A DNA stretch of 64,000 nucleotides from Phoronis australis (taxonomy: Eukaryota; Animalia; Phoronida). Below, one piece after another: positions 53,001 to 64,000 of this stretch (positions are counted from its first letter, which is position 1; each line of letters opens with the position of its first letter). Location: positions 314,307-378,306 of the forward strand of contig NMRA01000382.1 in NCBI GenBank assembly GCA_002633005.1, in the 5' to 3' direction. The notes under the pieces are model-generated. The model did not search any database. It was not told the DNA's origin and worked only from the letters and a program-made list of their open reading frames with translations. The translations under genes and the position numbers were made by a program.

Positions 53001-56000
53001 AACTGAAGCAGTACCCATGCGGCCAAACTAAGAGATGAAGGCACCGTGACTGCCTATCAATGTGAGCTGCATCATCATCCGTTTCCTTACAATTCCCCCA
53101 GTTAAAAACAATGAAAAAGAAAAATTCTTTGTCGACGCAAGTTTCTAATCTTGAGATTCAATTTTAACCTAATCAAGTGTTACATTTCCGCATGACGTAC
53201 CAACATACATTCAACAAACATCTACAAGAAGTAATGTCAATCCATTGTGTCCTCACAACTACACGAGTTTATTTCCAATACTTGCATTAATGTACTTACA
53301 AACTTTAGTTCCTTGGGCATTTTAACCTGTGTAACGACACCACCTCTGACATAGTCGGAAAACCCTGACGTGTCCCCTATGCTGAATGTGTAAGGCCCTG
53401 AAAAAGTTGACATTGGTCTCACTGAATGAAGTATTAATGTTGTGCAGGACCGACTGATCATATATATGTTTTCAACAATGACTATGGGGGTAAAAAGGAA
53501 CAAAATATAAAACTATCGCCTCATGAAACCTCAGAGCCCAAGCTGTTCATGTTTGGCAATTTCACAAGCAAAGGCAATTAATACTATTTATCTGTGGTCT
53601 TCAGGAAACTTGCGATTAGCTACAATTTCTAGACTCTTTAATATGTATTAGCATGCTCCTAACTATGGTAAAAGACAATGCTATTTTAACATAATCTATG
53701 TTAGATAGAGTGCAGTAGTATTCATTGAAAACGAAAACAACCTGCAAATAGGTGACTTGTACACTAATGACGTACTTCGCAGGCTCACATAGCCAGCACA
53801 ATGCAGTGCTATTCCACAGCACCACGTCACTGTAATTACTGGACATGGTTCAGTGATTTGCTGTGAAATTTTCACCACAAAAATTGTTCTTAAAAACATT
53901 GAGCAATTCTCAACCTACTTCATATTCATATTCATATCATCGCTATATGTTGTGTTTCTACATAATTTGGCCAACCAACCATAGAGATAATGAATTACCC
54001 TGCAAGTTCCACTTTAAAGTCCACTAACTTACCACTTACTTAGTGATCTGTGATTCCATACCTTAACACTAGATGGGGTGCCAGCAACAGGATCACCAGT
54101 GTATCAGACTTCACGTACGCCAAAGTGAAGATGTGGTGTTATCAAATTCAACACATGTAATAACACAGTCTGTATGACTAAAAACAAGAAATCAGTTTCG
54201 ATTTCATAAAAATCAAGCAGGAAACCTAAAGTGCTAAACGCTCAATAGATGCATGTTGCTACGCTATGACTGCATACCAAGGACTTTGATTTCTCGCGGC
54301 TCACAGCCATTCAGCTCAGTCATCCCCTGCACCTCAGAGAAGGTCACGTAGTCGCCACTCTCGAAACCGTGACGTGTCTCATCCAGGCAGGCTACAACGC
54401 CATCTGCATTCTGCAGGAGAAAAACAGACAGATATCAATGTAACCATTACATGTACTAACCAATAACACGGCGCAATATTTGTCAACATTGTCAGTGTCC
54501 TGCTAATTTAGATAGTTACATCAATTAGTCATTCAACTATTTCAAGAATGGGGGAGGTCAACATCTAGCCACAAATAACAGACATTGAAGCGAATTTTAC
54601 TGGCTAGTCCTCTGGGCGCTCTTCCTTGCTACAGAAATGTAAACTGGATATGACAAAGAAAATTTTGAGACCGGTTTTATTGAGACTAGTGCCAACACAT
54701 TGCTTTTAGTTTTGTAGCAGCTTAACAGGAGAAAATGAGATTTTAAAGAGTTGTTTACCTTTTCAACGTCGGCTATCATATTACTGATTGGCTGTTCGCC
54801 ATTTGTATCTGTACAGATGAAGTTGTCCCCGAAATCGCAGAAAATTTGGCTGAAACAAACAACTGTGTCAGTGAATGTTAAATATTACTTACAAACGTAT
54901 ACTTGCACTCGACACTGAAACTTGAAACAGGAAGCCACAAGCTCTTCACAAACTTAAAAGTTGCAAAAGGCTACACACACAACTCACCCAAAGAGACCTC
55001 TGGTGTCGGCCACAATAAGCTTGATGCCATTGGCATGACAGAAGTCACCAATGCGAAGCTGTTCATCCAGAGACGAGTTGGTCAGCACAACAACCTTTTA
55101 AAAACAATGAAGTCAGTTACCAAATTTTTTGAAACATTACTGGATAGTTCTTAGTCTGTAAGACTATCAAGCACCAACTTCCGCCAGACTTTACAGGGAA
55201 ATGTGGAATACAAACTGACTACCTGAAGCAACGTCTTACAGAAAAGTCTTTTTCCACAACCCATTTTGCATGCTGGAACGTTCTTGTTTACACTGTTAAG
55301 GGTTTGCATGAGAAACCTAGGAATCTGTAACTGGGCCCCACATCACTAAATGTCCTTGCGTGCTTTGAAAATGACTATTAAATCTCCTTATAGCTGAAAC
55401 TCCATGCACTTTTTTCTAACTCCTCTCTGGTGTTCTAAGCATGCAACTGCACTGCCATGACCTTTAATGCAACAGGACAAAATGGGTTGTGGAAAATACA
55501 TTACTAAAAAACTTTGACAAACTTATAGCAACAAGATGAAAAGTGTACTAAAACATATGAAAGCTAGCTAGAAATATTTGCTTTGAAATTCCCCAATTTT
55601 CGAAGGAAAGAAATAACATAAAAAATTTCTGAATGCTAAAAAAAAACATGGACAGTGAATAACTGCACGAGACCCCAACAAACCTGGTATTTCTTTACTT
55701 CAGCTTCGTTCAACTCTCCAGTGATGGCCGACACAGGCACATAGGTGTTCAGCTCGGCCAGTCTCGGCATGGTCACCTCGGCGCGGTTCTTCCCCATGTC
55801 CGCTTCACGTAGGAAAAACTGCAAACATGAAAAATGGACATTGTGAGGACTCCTCATTGAAAGCAATATAAAGAGGTCACCTTCATTTTCAATCACATTA
55901 CAAATGTCTTGTTGGCAAGATACAGCAAACGCCAGAAGTATCCAGACTAAATGACACAGAACTTTCATCATGGCAGCTGGGCAGAAGCCATATTCATCAC

Positions 56001-59000
56001 CAGACTAATTACCCCCCGCCACCCTGAATGCAGGAGAATTTAGTAAGGCTGCTAAAGATTTAATGTAATAAATAATTTCACTGTAATTTTAACTGACCTC
56101 ACGATACTTATGACCAGTTATTTTTATGTTAACAGCATTACACTGACCAATTACAATGGCGTTGTACTGCATCTAATGGCAGGCACACTCTCCATGATAT
56201 GTACTTTGCAGACTGGTGGGGCAAGTTTACAGAGAGCTAAACACAACTCTTCTCATGCACATCAAGCAAACAGAGAGTCGCGAAGAAATACAATCCCAAC
56301 CTCTGGGTCTTACTGTAGAAGTTCTACTGCAACTAGATAATCACCTGGATGATTGATAATGCATCCAATCTAATTGGAACAAAGAAGAGATATCATATAC
56401 ATTGACTATGTCATCTCTAGCACATTGACAGTGTCTAAGGAAAGTCACAAATGAAACACTTTATATAGTCAGTATGCTCTTTCAAAATTGTAGTTCTTAA
56501 CGTACATGATCGTAGCACACAGATTTTTTTTGCATACAATTCGATTTCATACTTTAAATTTAAGTAGTTCCTGTCAAACTGAGCTAACTTCAGTACTGTC
56601 TATAGCTTGAACAAATGCAGTCCACCTAAATCATAATACTCAATATCGCAAATAACCACATTCTATATCAGAAGAACATGAGGCCAGACTACAAAATGTT
56701 CAACATACTTCAAATCCCAAAAAACATCGCTAGATCCTGTAATGATGACATTTTAAACTGCACAGCCACTCATACCTGAGAGGAGAGATCAGCCCAAGAG
56801 ACCACACCATCGTCATGGATGGCAACCGACTTGACACCACCAAGGACGACGTTCTTGGCAATCTCCACGCCAAGCCCGCGCATTCCTGAGATGAGCACAT
56901 TGGATGCGATCATGCGACGCATGGCCTCGTGACCCAGCACATAGCTGTGGAGAAACGAGACAAGATTCACTCTGAGAAATATACAGCATTGAATGTGATG
57001 TAGAACTGCATGGAACAGAGTCAAATTGTGCCCTTTAATTCAAAGTAAATTCATAGATTGGTGGCTATTTTCAGTTTCAGGAAAAACTTCATTTTCGTAT
57101 TTTCCAAAGGCTGACTGCTTTGTTTGGTTAAATAATCAAAGTTCTCCAACACTCATTGTTGCACATGCCACTAATGGAGATTACCCTAGTGTTATTTTTG
57201 ATCAGATATGTCACACAAGTGTTTGACAACAATGTGTGCCATGTACCTGAAGAACAATCATACAGCCCATACACCTTAAAGACCCACATACCTCTAATCA
57301 GGCCAAAATTGCAAACCGTCAACTAAAATAAAGTGAACTTGATGAATGATTTAAGCAGAGGTGAATTTTATCATTGAACCAACCAGTGAATGCCATTCTG
57401 TTCATGAGCTATCACGTTTTAAAAGGAATGTAAACTAGACACATTACAAAACAAAAGAGCAAACCCCAACAGAGGGCGCTGCATGAGGCTTTAAAGAAAC
57501 TGCAAGATGGCTACAACAGATGAGGACATCAACATTGTCACGTTCTCCTGGACTGTCAATTTCACAAAGAGAAATTGTCCAGACAAGAAACTGGTCTAAT
57601 TTTTCAGCAGAGCAAAATTGCAACAGGAATTACTAGCATATGACGGTCTTCTTCTAATTTCCAGCACCAAAATGTGCCAGTTTAAGACCTCATTAATCTA
57701 AAAATTCCAGACCAAAATAGCTCTAGAGTCTTTCGTACTAATGAGGAAAGCCATCAAAATAATAAGAAAATAGAAATATTTGACTTACATTTGAGCTCAG
57801 GTTTTTTATGATAACAAATATTAAGTAGCCAAGACAACATCCATGAAGCCGACGGTTTAGTGTTATTGAACCGAGGACATAGTATATCATTGTTCAGATT
57901 TGAAAATTCAGCATAAGAAAGGGATATTCCTGACCAGGTTTGAAGCTGTGTCGTTTGGGTGCACCTGATGATAAAAAGTGTGCCCTTTTAAAAAAGTTGT
58001 GCTCAGCAGACTAAGTGTAATTAAAGTGGTGACATATAACAGAAACCTCAAGGGCAAGTTCTTAAAGCAGATGTACCTCACAGCATGATGTCACGTCCTC
58101 TGTCGGAGGATAATGGAATGTCAAGGTCGCAGCTGGAGCCAAGCAATACGGTGTCATTTGTAAACAGAAATGGTAAATTTACGATCAAATGTTGGAAAAC
58201 CTAAAGGGTGTGTTAACTTGGTACCATTTTAATGAAATTTGCAACCTATACTACCAGACTGGCAGTAAACTGATTAGAACCTTACATATTTTTGGAAGTG
58301 TTGCATTTTAAAGGATGCGCCCAGAGGCACACTGACGCAACGTACTTGCGCCTTTATATTTTTTATGTGCTAATGGCGCAAAGGCTTGGTCCAGGAATAT
58401 CCCTGATAAGACAAAAGAAGCAAAACGTACAGCTGCCGGGAATATAGACTTTCATCTATGTCCGAAGAACTGTTGCTTGTCATGGTTCCGTTCTTCGCTA
58501 GGACTTCCTGAAAACAGAAGAAACACACTTAAATAAATGCTATAGGAGCAGGAGTTTTATAGAAAGAAATATAGATTTATTGACAACAAGGGTAATACCG
58601 TGTATTGAATTAATATTTTTTACAAGAGTTGAGATCTCCAAAGGCACTGAACATGGAAAAAGTGTAACAAAGTTGAGAACATGGGCCTCAACAAAACATG
58701 AGTAACTTTTCGACGAAACATATTACAACGGGAACTAAAAACTGTAAGGGTCGACCTAAATGCAATGCCCTGCATTGAGTAAGTCAAAAGTTTGAGGTTG
58801 AATCAACTTTCCAAAACTATTCAAGCATTAAAGCTGCTATGACCACGCCTTCAAGCTCAGCAAACGAAATTTTGATTCAGGACAACAGCCAATAAAACTG
58901 ATTTCGATCTTTTCATTCCTCAGCTTACTGAGAGTGATCTGAAGGAATTTATAGACGTTTATTGCTTGAGGCTTCTTAGCAGATCATGTGTAAATGGCAA

Positions 59001-59390
59001 GCCAAGGCAAGCTTAAGCAAAGTAGTTGAGCAAGAAGAGGGTACTACATTACCCTAGACCCTGGTTTTGAGAACCAGGCAATCACTGAATAACGGTTCAG
59101 TGGATGAAATTGGTTGTCAAAATCTGGGACCGCTATATCCAACCAGTGCCGACGGTGGCTCTGCCAAAGTGCCAAACACATGACAAGGGCAGACAAGGCT
59201 ATAGCGGTTAGTTTTGATTTTTAACCAAATCTGAAGCTAAACTTCAACTCACGGTGGTATCAGAAGTTACCACGCTATCGCTTGAACACTGGGCACCCGT
59301 TACCTCGACTTTTCGTTTTTTACTCGGAGGAGAAGCGGCTGTCTGCGCGGAGTTGTTCTGGGCTTGAGATTCCGCGGGTGCACTGGACAT
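38098..59390 (-). CDS. UBA1: Ubiquitin-activating enzyme E1, 26 coding exons, 1050 aa
   Basis: Exons: 59304-59390, 58431-58507 ([10 protein letters not shown]), 56776-56944, 55684-55818, 54988-55094, 54759-54849, 54278-54410, 53300-53397, 52223-52369, 51218-51388, 50535-50645, 49765-49845, 49402-49557 ([28 protein letters not shown] site), 48858-49023, 48241-48323 (duplicate at 47432-47514), 46386-46499 (PMCTLKNFP; catalytic Cys codon at 46428-46430), 45839-45952, 44385-44531, 43315-43389, 42412-42607, 41963-42144, 41316-41402 ([12 protein letters not shown]), 40674-40778, 39451-39534, 38870-38970, 38098-38233. Sum is 3153 nt using one copy of the duplicated exon, and the frame is open. Confidence 0.98.
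40151..40319. repeat. 35-bp minisatellite, ~5 copies
   Basis: TTGTTTGATTACTTTTGTCTTGTACTGTAGCTGTA starting at 40151, 40186, 40221, 40256 and 40291. Confidence 0.95.
43611..44087. repeat. ~44-bp minisatellite, ~11 copies, in a UBA1 intron
   Basis: GGACATGTCTATTATACACCAACTACAGCCAGGATGCTGTACGA-like unit. It explains the repetitive + strand ORFs at 43521-44106. Confidence 0.95.
47020..48588. repeat. ~760-bp near-identical direct duplication containing UBA1 coding exon 15, joined at a single n (47780)
   Basis: ~47020-47779 is repeated at ~47831-48588 with scattered SNPs/indels. Both exon copies have intact splice sites. Confidence 0.95.
51649..51758. repeat. Fold-back inverted repeat (~44-bp arms, ~22-nt loop)
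   Basis: ATCACAAACATTCTTAAGTTTGGTCTGCACGCCACCTATTGGCC pairs with GGCCAACAGGTGGTGTGTAGACCAGACATAAGAATGTTTGTGAT, 5 mismatches. Confidence 0.85.
55250..55496. mobile_element. MITE-like element with a 19-bp perfect inverted repeat
   Basis: TTTTCCACAACCCATTTTG (55250-55268) / CAAAATGGGTTGTGGAAAA (55478-55496). Confidence 0.6.
57920..58404. mobile_element. MITE-like element
   Basis: AGGGATATTCCTGACCA at 57920 pairs with TGGTCCAGGAATATCCCT ending 58404. No clear TSD. Confidence 0.55.
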
Positions 59391-59574
59391 CTAGAGTTAG
59401 GGGAAGACGTAGGATTTTCAGAAAAATTAATGCGCCAACAACTTAAATACACTCGTATTTCGGAATAAAATACAAAACAATGTAATCTCGACCCTCGTTC
59501 ATGCAATTCAAAGCCGAATACAAAAGGAAAACACACTTTTTGACAGGAAACACGTCTGACTCGGCTTTAAAAGT

Positions 59575-59588
59575 CCAAGATGGCGGCC
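59575..59588 (-). promoter_or_regulatory. YY1-type motif in the UBA1 promoter/5' UTR
   Basis: + strand CCAAGATGGCGGCC lies ~190 bp upstream of the UBA1 ATG. CCAAT (~59645) and ETS-like ACCGGAA (~59661) are nearby, as expected for a housekeeping promoter. Confidence 0.55.
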
Positions 59589-60055
59589 CACAAAGATCAC
59601 CGGTGAGCATGTAAAGCGGTTGGGAGAATTCACAGAATGAGACACCAATTATATTAAGAAACCGGAATGTGAAAGCAAAACAACAACCGCGAACACTAAT
59701 TCCCTGAGATTACGTGCGTGACATTGAAAAATAAAAACAACTGAATTGAATTGTTAACATAAGATACACACTATAAAAATCAAAAAGGACACGACAATTA
59801 TTTCTCAAAGCGGTAGACACACACCGATTCCGCATCTGAGCAACTCACCGGCACCCGACAGAGCCAAGGTTAAGTCTTCAACTATTCTCACAGAATATGG
59901 CGTTGAGTGATCTCCAAACGAACTGGATCGTGTCCCAGGGTGTTGTGAGGAATTCTTCGGAAGATTGATACAGAGCCTGATACATAAAATAAACTTGTTT
60001 GGAAAGAAAATTTCCCAGCGGCTAGGAAATTCCAAAAGGCTTATCGACTATGAAT

Positions 60056-60068
60056 TGCATTCTGGGTA
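60056..60068 (-). promoter_or_regulatory. Staf/ZNF143-like binding site upstream of UBA1
   Basis: The minus strand reads TACCCAGAATGCA, matching the Staf-binding core. Motif match only. Confidence 0.45.
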
Positions 60069-60254
60069 TGATGTCATAGCCAAAACAAGGAAACGATCGA
60101 TGGCCGCGAACTAAAACACAACTCAGCCAGTTTGAATTTTTTGCAGATCACGTGCTTTTTTGTCCATTGCTGTTGAAAATATCACCGTGCGATGTTCCAG
60201 TTTCATCATACATGGTAAAAAGATTATGTAATCGTTTTAATAGTTTTTAATAGT

Positions 60255-61014
60255 CTTTATTTCTGTTTCTGTTGACGAAGGACGTTATTATAACATCCGA
60301 AATTTTCAGTTGATCCATTCTTGTTGTCTTATTTACCTATTTATATTCTACATTTCGTGAAACAATAGTATCCTTGGGAGGATCTGGATCGCCTTATTTA
60401 GTTTCAGATTTATTTTCTGCGTCTTTGTTTCTGTTTCTGGTGGCAAAGGACGTTATTACATCCGAAAATTTCAGTTGATCCTTTCTTGTTGTTTTATTTA
60501 CCTTTTTGTATTCTTTATTTCCGTTTCTGTTGACAAAGGACGTCATTACATCCGAAAATTTCAGTTGATCCATTCTTGTTGTTTTATTTACCTTTTTTGT
60601 ATTCTTTATTTCTGTTTCTGTTGACAAAGGACGTCATTACATCCGAAAATTTCAGTTGATCCATTCTTGTTGTTTTATTTACCTATTTACATTCTACGTT
60701 TCGTGAAACAATAGTATCCTTGGGAGGATCTGGATCGCGTTATTTAGTTTCAGATTTATTTTCTGCGTCTTTATTTATGTTTCTGGTAGCAAAGGACGTT
60801 ATAACATTCGAAAATTTCAGTTGATCCATTCTTGTTGATTTATTTACCTTTTTTGCATTCTTTATTTCTGTTTCTGTTGACAAAGGACGTCATTACATCT
60901 GAAAATTTCAGTTGATCCATTCTTGTTATTTTATTTACCTATTTGTATTCTCGTGAAACAATAGTATCCTTGGGAGGATCTGAATCGCCATATTTAGTTT
61001 CAGATTTATTTTCT
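60255..61014. repeat. Compound (higher-order) tandem repeat, ~90-bp unit A and ~68-bp unit B, order A-B-A-A-A-B-A-A-B
   Basis: A contains GACAAAGGACGTCATTACATCCGAAAATTTCAGTTGATCCATTCTTG. B is TCGTGAAACAATAGTATCCTTGGGAGGATCTGGATCGC..TTTAGTTTCAGATTTATTTTCT at ~60356, ~60701 and ~60951. Confidence 0.93.
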
Positions 61015-61122
61015 ACAATAGTTATAACTAATACATAGTTAAAACTTTTTGTGCATTACTTGTGATTTTTCCTCAATGCATTACGCCGCGCCCAAGGGGC
61101 CGGGTTCAGCTGAAGTGGGAAG

Positions 61123-61391
61123 CATGCGCATCCAGCCTTTAATATGGGGGCTCGAATTTCCGGACGATGTGGACCTTTACCAACAAAAGCAGCCGAAGTA
61201 AAAAAAAAGCGGGGTACCACGTCCAGAGCAGTGAATTGTGCGTTTGCGCCTTTCAGTTTAATCGACTTTTTGTCTCGTTTCCTCGGACTTTTCGTTTCTC
61301 TGGGGCAGAGCTTTTTTTACACTTCGCCAAATGGGGGAGGGCTCCTTAGAGCCCCCCGAGCCCAGCCCCCTCCCCGCTGGGTGCGCGCATG
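61123..61391. mobile_element. Possible small MITE
   Basis: CATGCGCATCCAGC..GGGGGCTCG pairs imperfectly with CGAGCCC..GCTGGGTGCGCGCATG. Confidence 0.4.
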
Positions 61392-61684
61392 GGGACGGAA
61401 GTGGAAGAAGGGGCATGTGCCCGGCCCCGGCGTTATATTTTGCAAGCGTCAGGGTTAAATCGTGGCATCCGGTAGCTGTGGGGCCAGGCGACTGACACTA
61501 AGGAGAGACAGCGAAACATCGAGTCACCCGGCGATCGCAGGCTGTACTCCAGCCGATATCTCATCACCGATCTATCAGTGTGCAGTTGGTGCTTGCTTTA
61601 TCCTTCAGTGGCCCCGTGGAGGGGTACATTGTTGTTAAGGTCACAATCCTAGCAGCATTTACTACGTCTAAACGTTTTCACTTA

Positions 61685-62445
61685 CCGTACTCGTCCGGGT
61701 TACCGCCCTGGGCGCTTAATTAGTACTGAAAAAACAAATGGGCGGTAACCCGAGCATGGGCGGTTAAATTGAAGTTATTGAAAAGTCGGGAGTGAATGCT
61801 TGCTGCACAAACGACCGATTTTATCCTCACGGGGCTACACTGACGTCGGGCTTCAAGCATATCAGTTAAAATATAGGTCCGGAGGATTGAAGTAACGGAC
61901 TTCGATCATGGGCCTGAAGTGGAATAGCGCACAAGCCAGTGGCGCCGTGATTGAGCGTGACTGGGTTTTTGCATACCTTGGTCGCTGCTCGTCATGTCTT
62001 GGAACTGATGTATTCTTACAGATAGACGTGCATTCAGTGGGCAAGTTTCATGAGAGAAAAGTAAGATCACGCAAGACTGTAGACCGGGATCCCAGAGTTT
62101 TTTTGGGCAAGAAAAGGTAACCAATTTTCTTTGGTGCCACAGTGCTCTGTGGGTATCCTTAGGCTATGCTTGGAAATGGCCGTCTGGCAGGTTCGCTTTG
62201 GTGGGTGTGGTCAGGGGAGCCAAGACGGAATGACACTCAATTGAGCTAGACCAACTTTTCTGGTAACCATTTCAAACCGCCTTGGAAACCTCCAGCGTGG
62301 TGACTGTATCAAAATTGGTCACCCAGACAATTTCAGTTGTGGGGAGTATCAGCCAGACAGCTATAAACAAGGTGAAAATTTTGAGCTCGATCAATCCAAG
62401 AGGCCAACCGCCCGCGGGCATGAGCTGTAACCCGGACGAGTACGG
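61685..62445. mobile_element. Tc1/mariner-pogo-type non-autonomous element, 761 bp, TA target duplication
   Basis: TA-CCGTACTCGTCCGGGTTAC ... GTAACCCGGACGAGTACGG-TA: perfect 19-bp TIR with TA on both sides, plus an internal palindromic copy of the TIR core at ~61740-61766. Confidence 0.85.
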
Positions 62446-62774
62446 TAATAGGGCTTTCACGACGTACGCATGTAGGGCCGTCGGCAACCCGGCCTTGGGC
62501 CGGGTGGGACCGCTGACTGCATCCATAGGCCTAGTTTAGGTCCTACAAAGTGTGCCAAATCCGCCCTTCTCTAATGTTCAGCAGGAAAGCGAAAAAGAGC
62601 CACAACGTGCTTAAATACGAAGTTGTCAGAAACAGACAAACGTATTTTGCGCCACCGGAAAACGAGCAGCAATATCTAAACACCGTAGGTAAAAATTGAT
62701 GTGAATGGTTGTCCCGATTTTACGTATTATGTGACAATCAACTTGCTCGTAACTCGAGATCGTCTGATAGTGTT

Positions 62775-62960
62775 CAGAAGCGGATCTAGGATACCATAAG
62801 GGGGGGGGCAACAAATGACTGTCTCTGGAGGAATTGGGCGAAGTCTGATTGCATGTGCAGCCGAGGCCCGAAGTTGCGGGGATCGGGTATGTGAACCTTC
62901 TACCGATGAACTATAAAAAACGGGACAGCGCCGCGATCTGGGATCTGAGCCCCCATTCCG
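62775..62960 (+). mobile_element. Diverged copy of the same repeat family as 11235-11362
   Basis: Shares the terminus motif GCGGATCTAGGATA plus a G-run. GGATCTGAGCCCC here is the reverse complement of GGGGCTCAGATCC at ~10556. Confidence 0.5.
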
Positions 62961-64000
62961 CGCTACCGGTCCTACTGAATTACCCAATACTTCCTCACGC
63001 TTCACACCGTTGTTGTTCCAAATTGAATTTGTTTCATTTGCTGCGAGCAAAGTGGGGTGGGCGCCCCCCCCCCCCCCCCNCCCAAATACGCCTATGGTGT
63101 TTGCGTGTAATCTTACTTGACAGATGATAGACTGATAGACTGGTGGTTGTTTTTTATTTATTTGTTTTGGTGTTTTAATGTGAAACTGGTGTTTTTACAT
63201 TACAGAAAAAAATTCTCAAATTCACTACATCGTTGTACTTACCGAAGCAAACTTACAGGGTTGTTTAAATGATCAATTCGTGAAGCGCTGTTTTAAAAGA
63301 ACTGTGCCAAATTTTAAGAAAAACGATTATAAGCTCAAGTAAAAATAAAAACGCATTTGATGTTAAACGTGCAAGAACATTCCCGTTCCAACTTTTATTG
63401 TACACCGAACGTTGTTTAACATGTCCACTCAGTGAAGCCCAGCTGCAGTGAATTAGAGGGGGCAGCCGGTGTGTCCTGTAGTTGGATACTCTTGGTTCGA
63501 GTCGGCTCTAGGCACCCTAGCATACTGCCAGACCCTTGAGTCAGGTCTCTAGCTTCTCAGCTCGACTTCAACTATATATTAATAAAGAATAAGCATTTTG
63601 TTTTTCCAGGTGATCAATGAGAAAAGGCACCCGGAACGGCTTGAGCACGTTGGTACGTGTACTAGACTGCCCAGTGTGCAATAGGCCCAACCAAGCAGTG
63701 AGTTGCCCTGGCAGTTGAATAGTAGGAAAAATGGTACCAACCCGGCCACTTCAAAAGGCGACATAAGCTCATGACATCGTTCAACACTATTATTTAGATC
63801 CAGTCATATTATCTCCACTGACAGCCGATAGCTCACCTCGCGGCTGGTCCCTGGCCCCACGTACGCACCTATACAGTCAGCACACCCTTTAGAATTGGTC
63901 GGTGTAACCTCAGCAGCCTTGGTTAGCTTCACAACAACGTGAAAAAATTGCTGACTTCATTGAACGATTTTTAGCCTTGTCATGCAAGTGGCGTAGCGGC

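Noticed and set aside
52580-56060. Intronic snoRNA candidates in UBA1 introns (TGATGA or ACA boxes)
   Set aside because: I could not find paired C/D boxes with terminal stems or convincing H/ACA hairpins by eye; snoscan/snoReport would be needed.
60394-60627. 77-aa repetitive minus-strand ORF
   Set aside because: It arises from the 90-bp satellite unit; no coding evidence.
60255-61014. CRISPR-like repeat/spacer appearance
   Set aside because: The intervening segments are themselves repeated, units are ~90 bp, there are no cas genes, and the context is eukaryotic.

Overview
This is AT-rich, intron-rich eukaryotic DNA, most likely from an invertebrate animal; the species cannot be read from the sequence. 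There is no prokaryotic system, CRISPR array, rRNA or convincing tRNA gene. By manual GT-AG exon chaining with phase checks I reconstruct three minus-strand genes in tandem: (1) an uncharacterised 13-exon TPR-repeat protein (3755-12423, ~464 aa) mostly invisible in the ORF track; (2) STRIP/FAM40 (18115-36221, 19 coding exons, ~785-793 aa); (3) ubiquitin E1 UBA1 (38098-59390, 26 coding exons, 1050 aa). Introns and intergenic DNA carry MITE-like elements, a Helentron/HINE-like element, tRNA-derived SINE heads and several minisatellites. Most notable: recurrent tandem 'echoes' of exon boundaries that keep splice sites, several of them in frame; a Penelope-type minimal hammerhead motif in STRIP intron 1; a MITE whose target-site duplication is a splice donor; a conserved two-start (NLS / internal Met) UBA1 N-terminus; and two near-identical duplications joined at an 'n' (one contains a whole UBA1 exon) that are probably haplotype assembly artefacts. 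All coordinates were read by eye.
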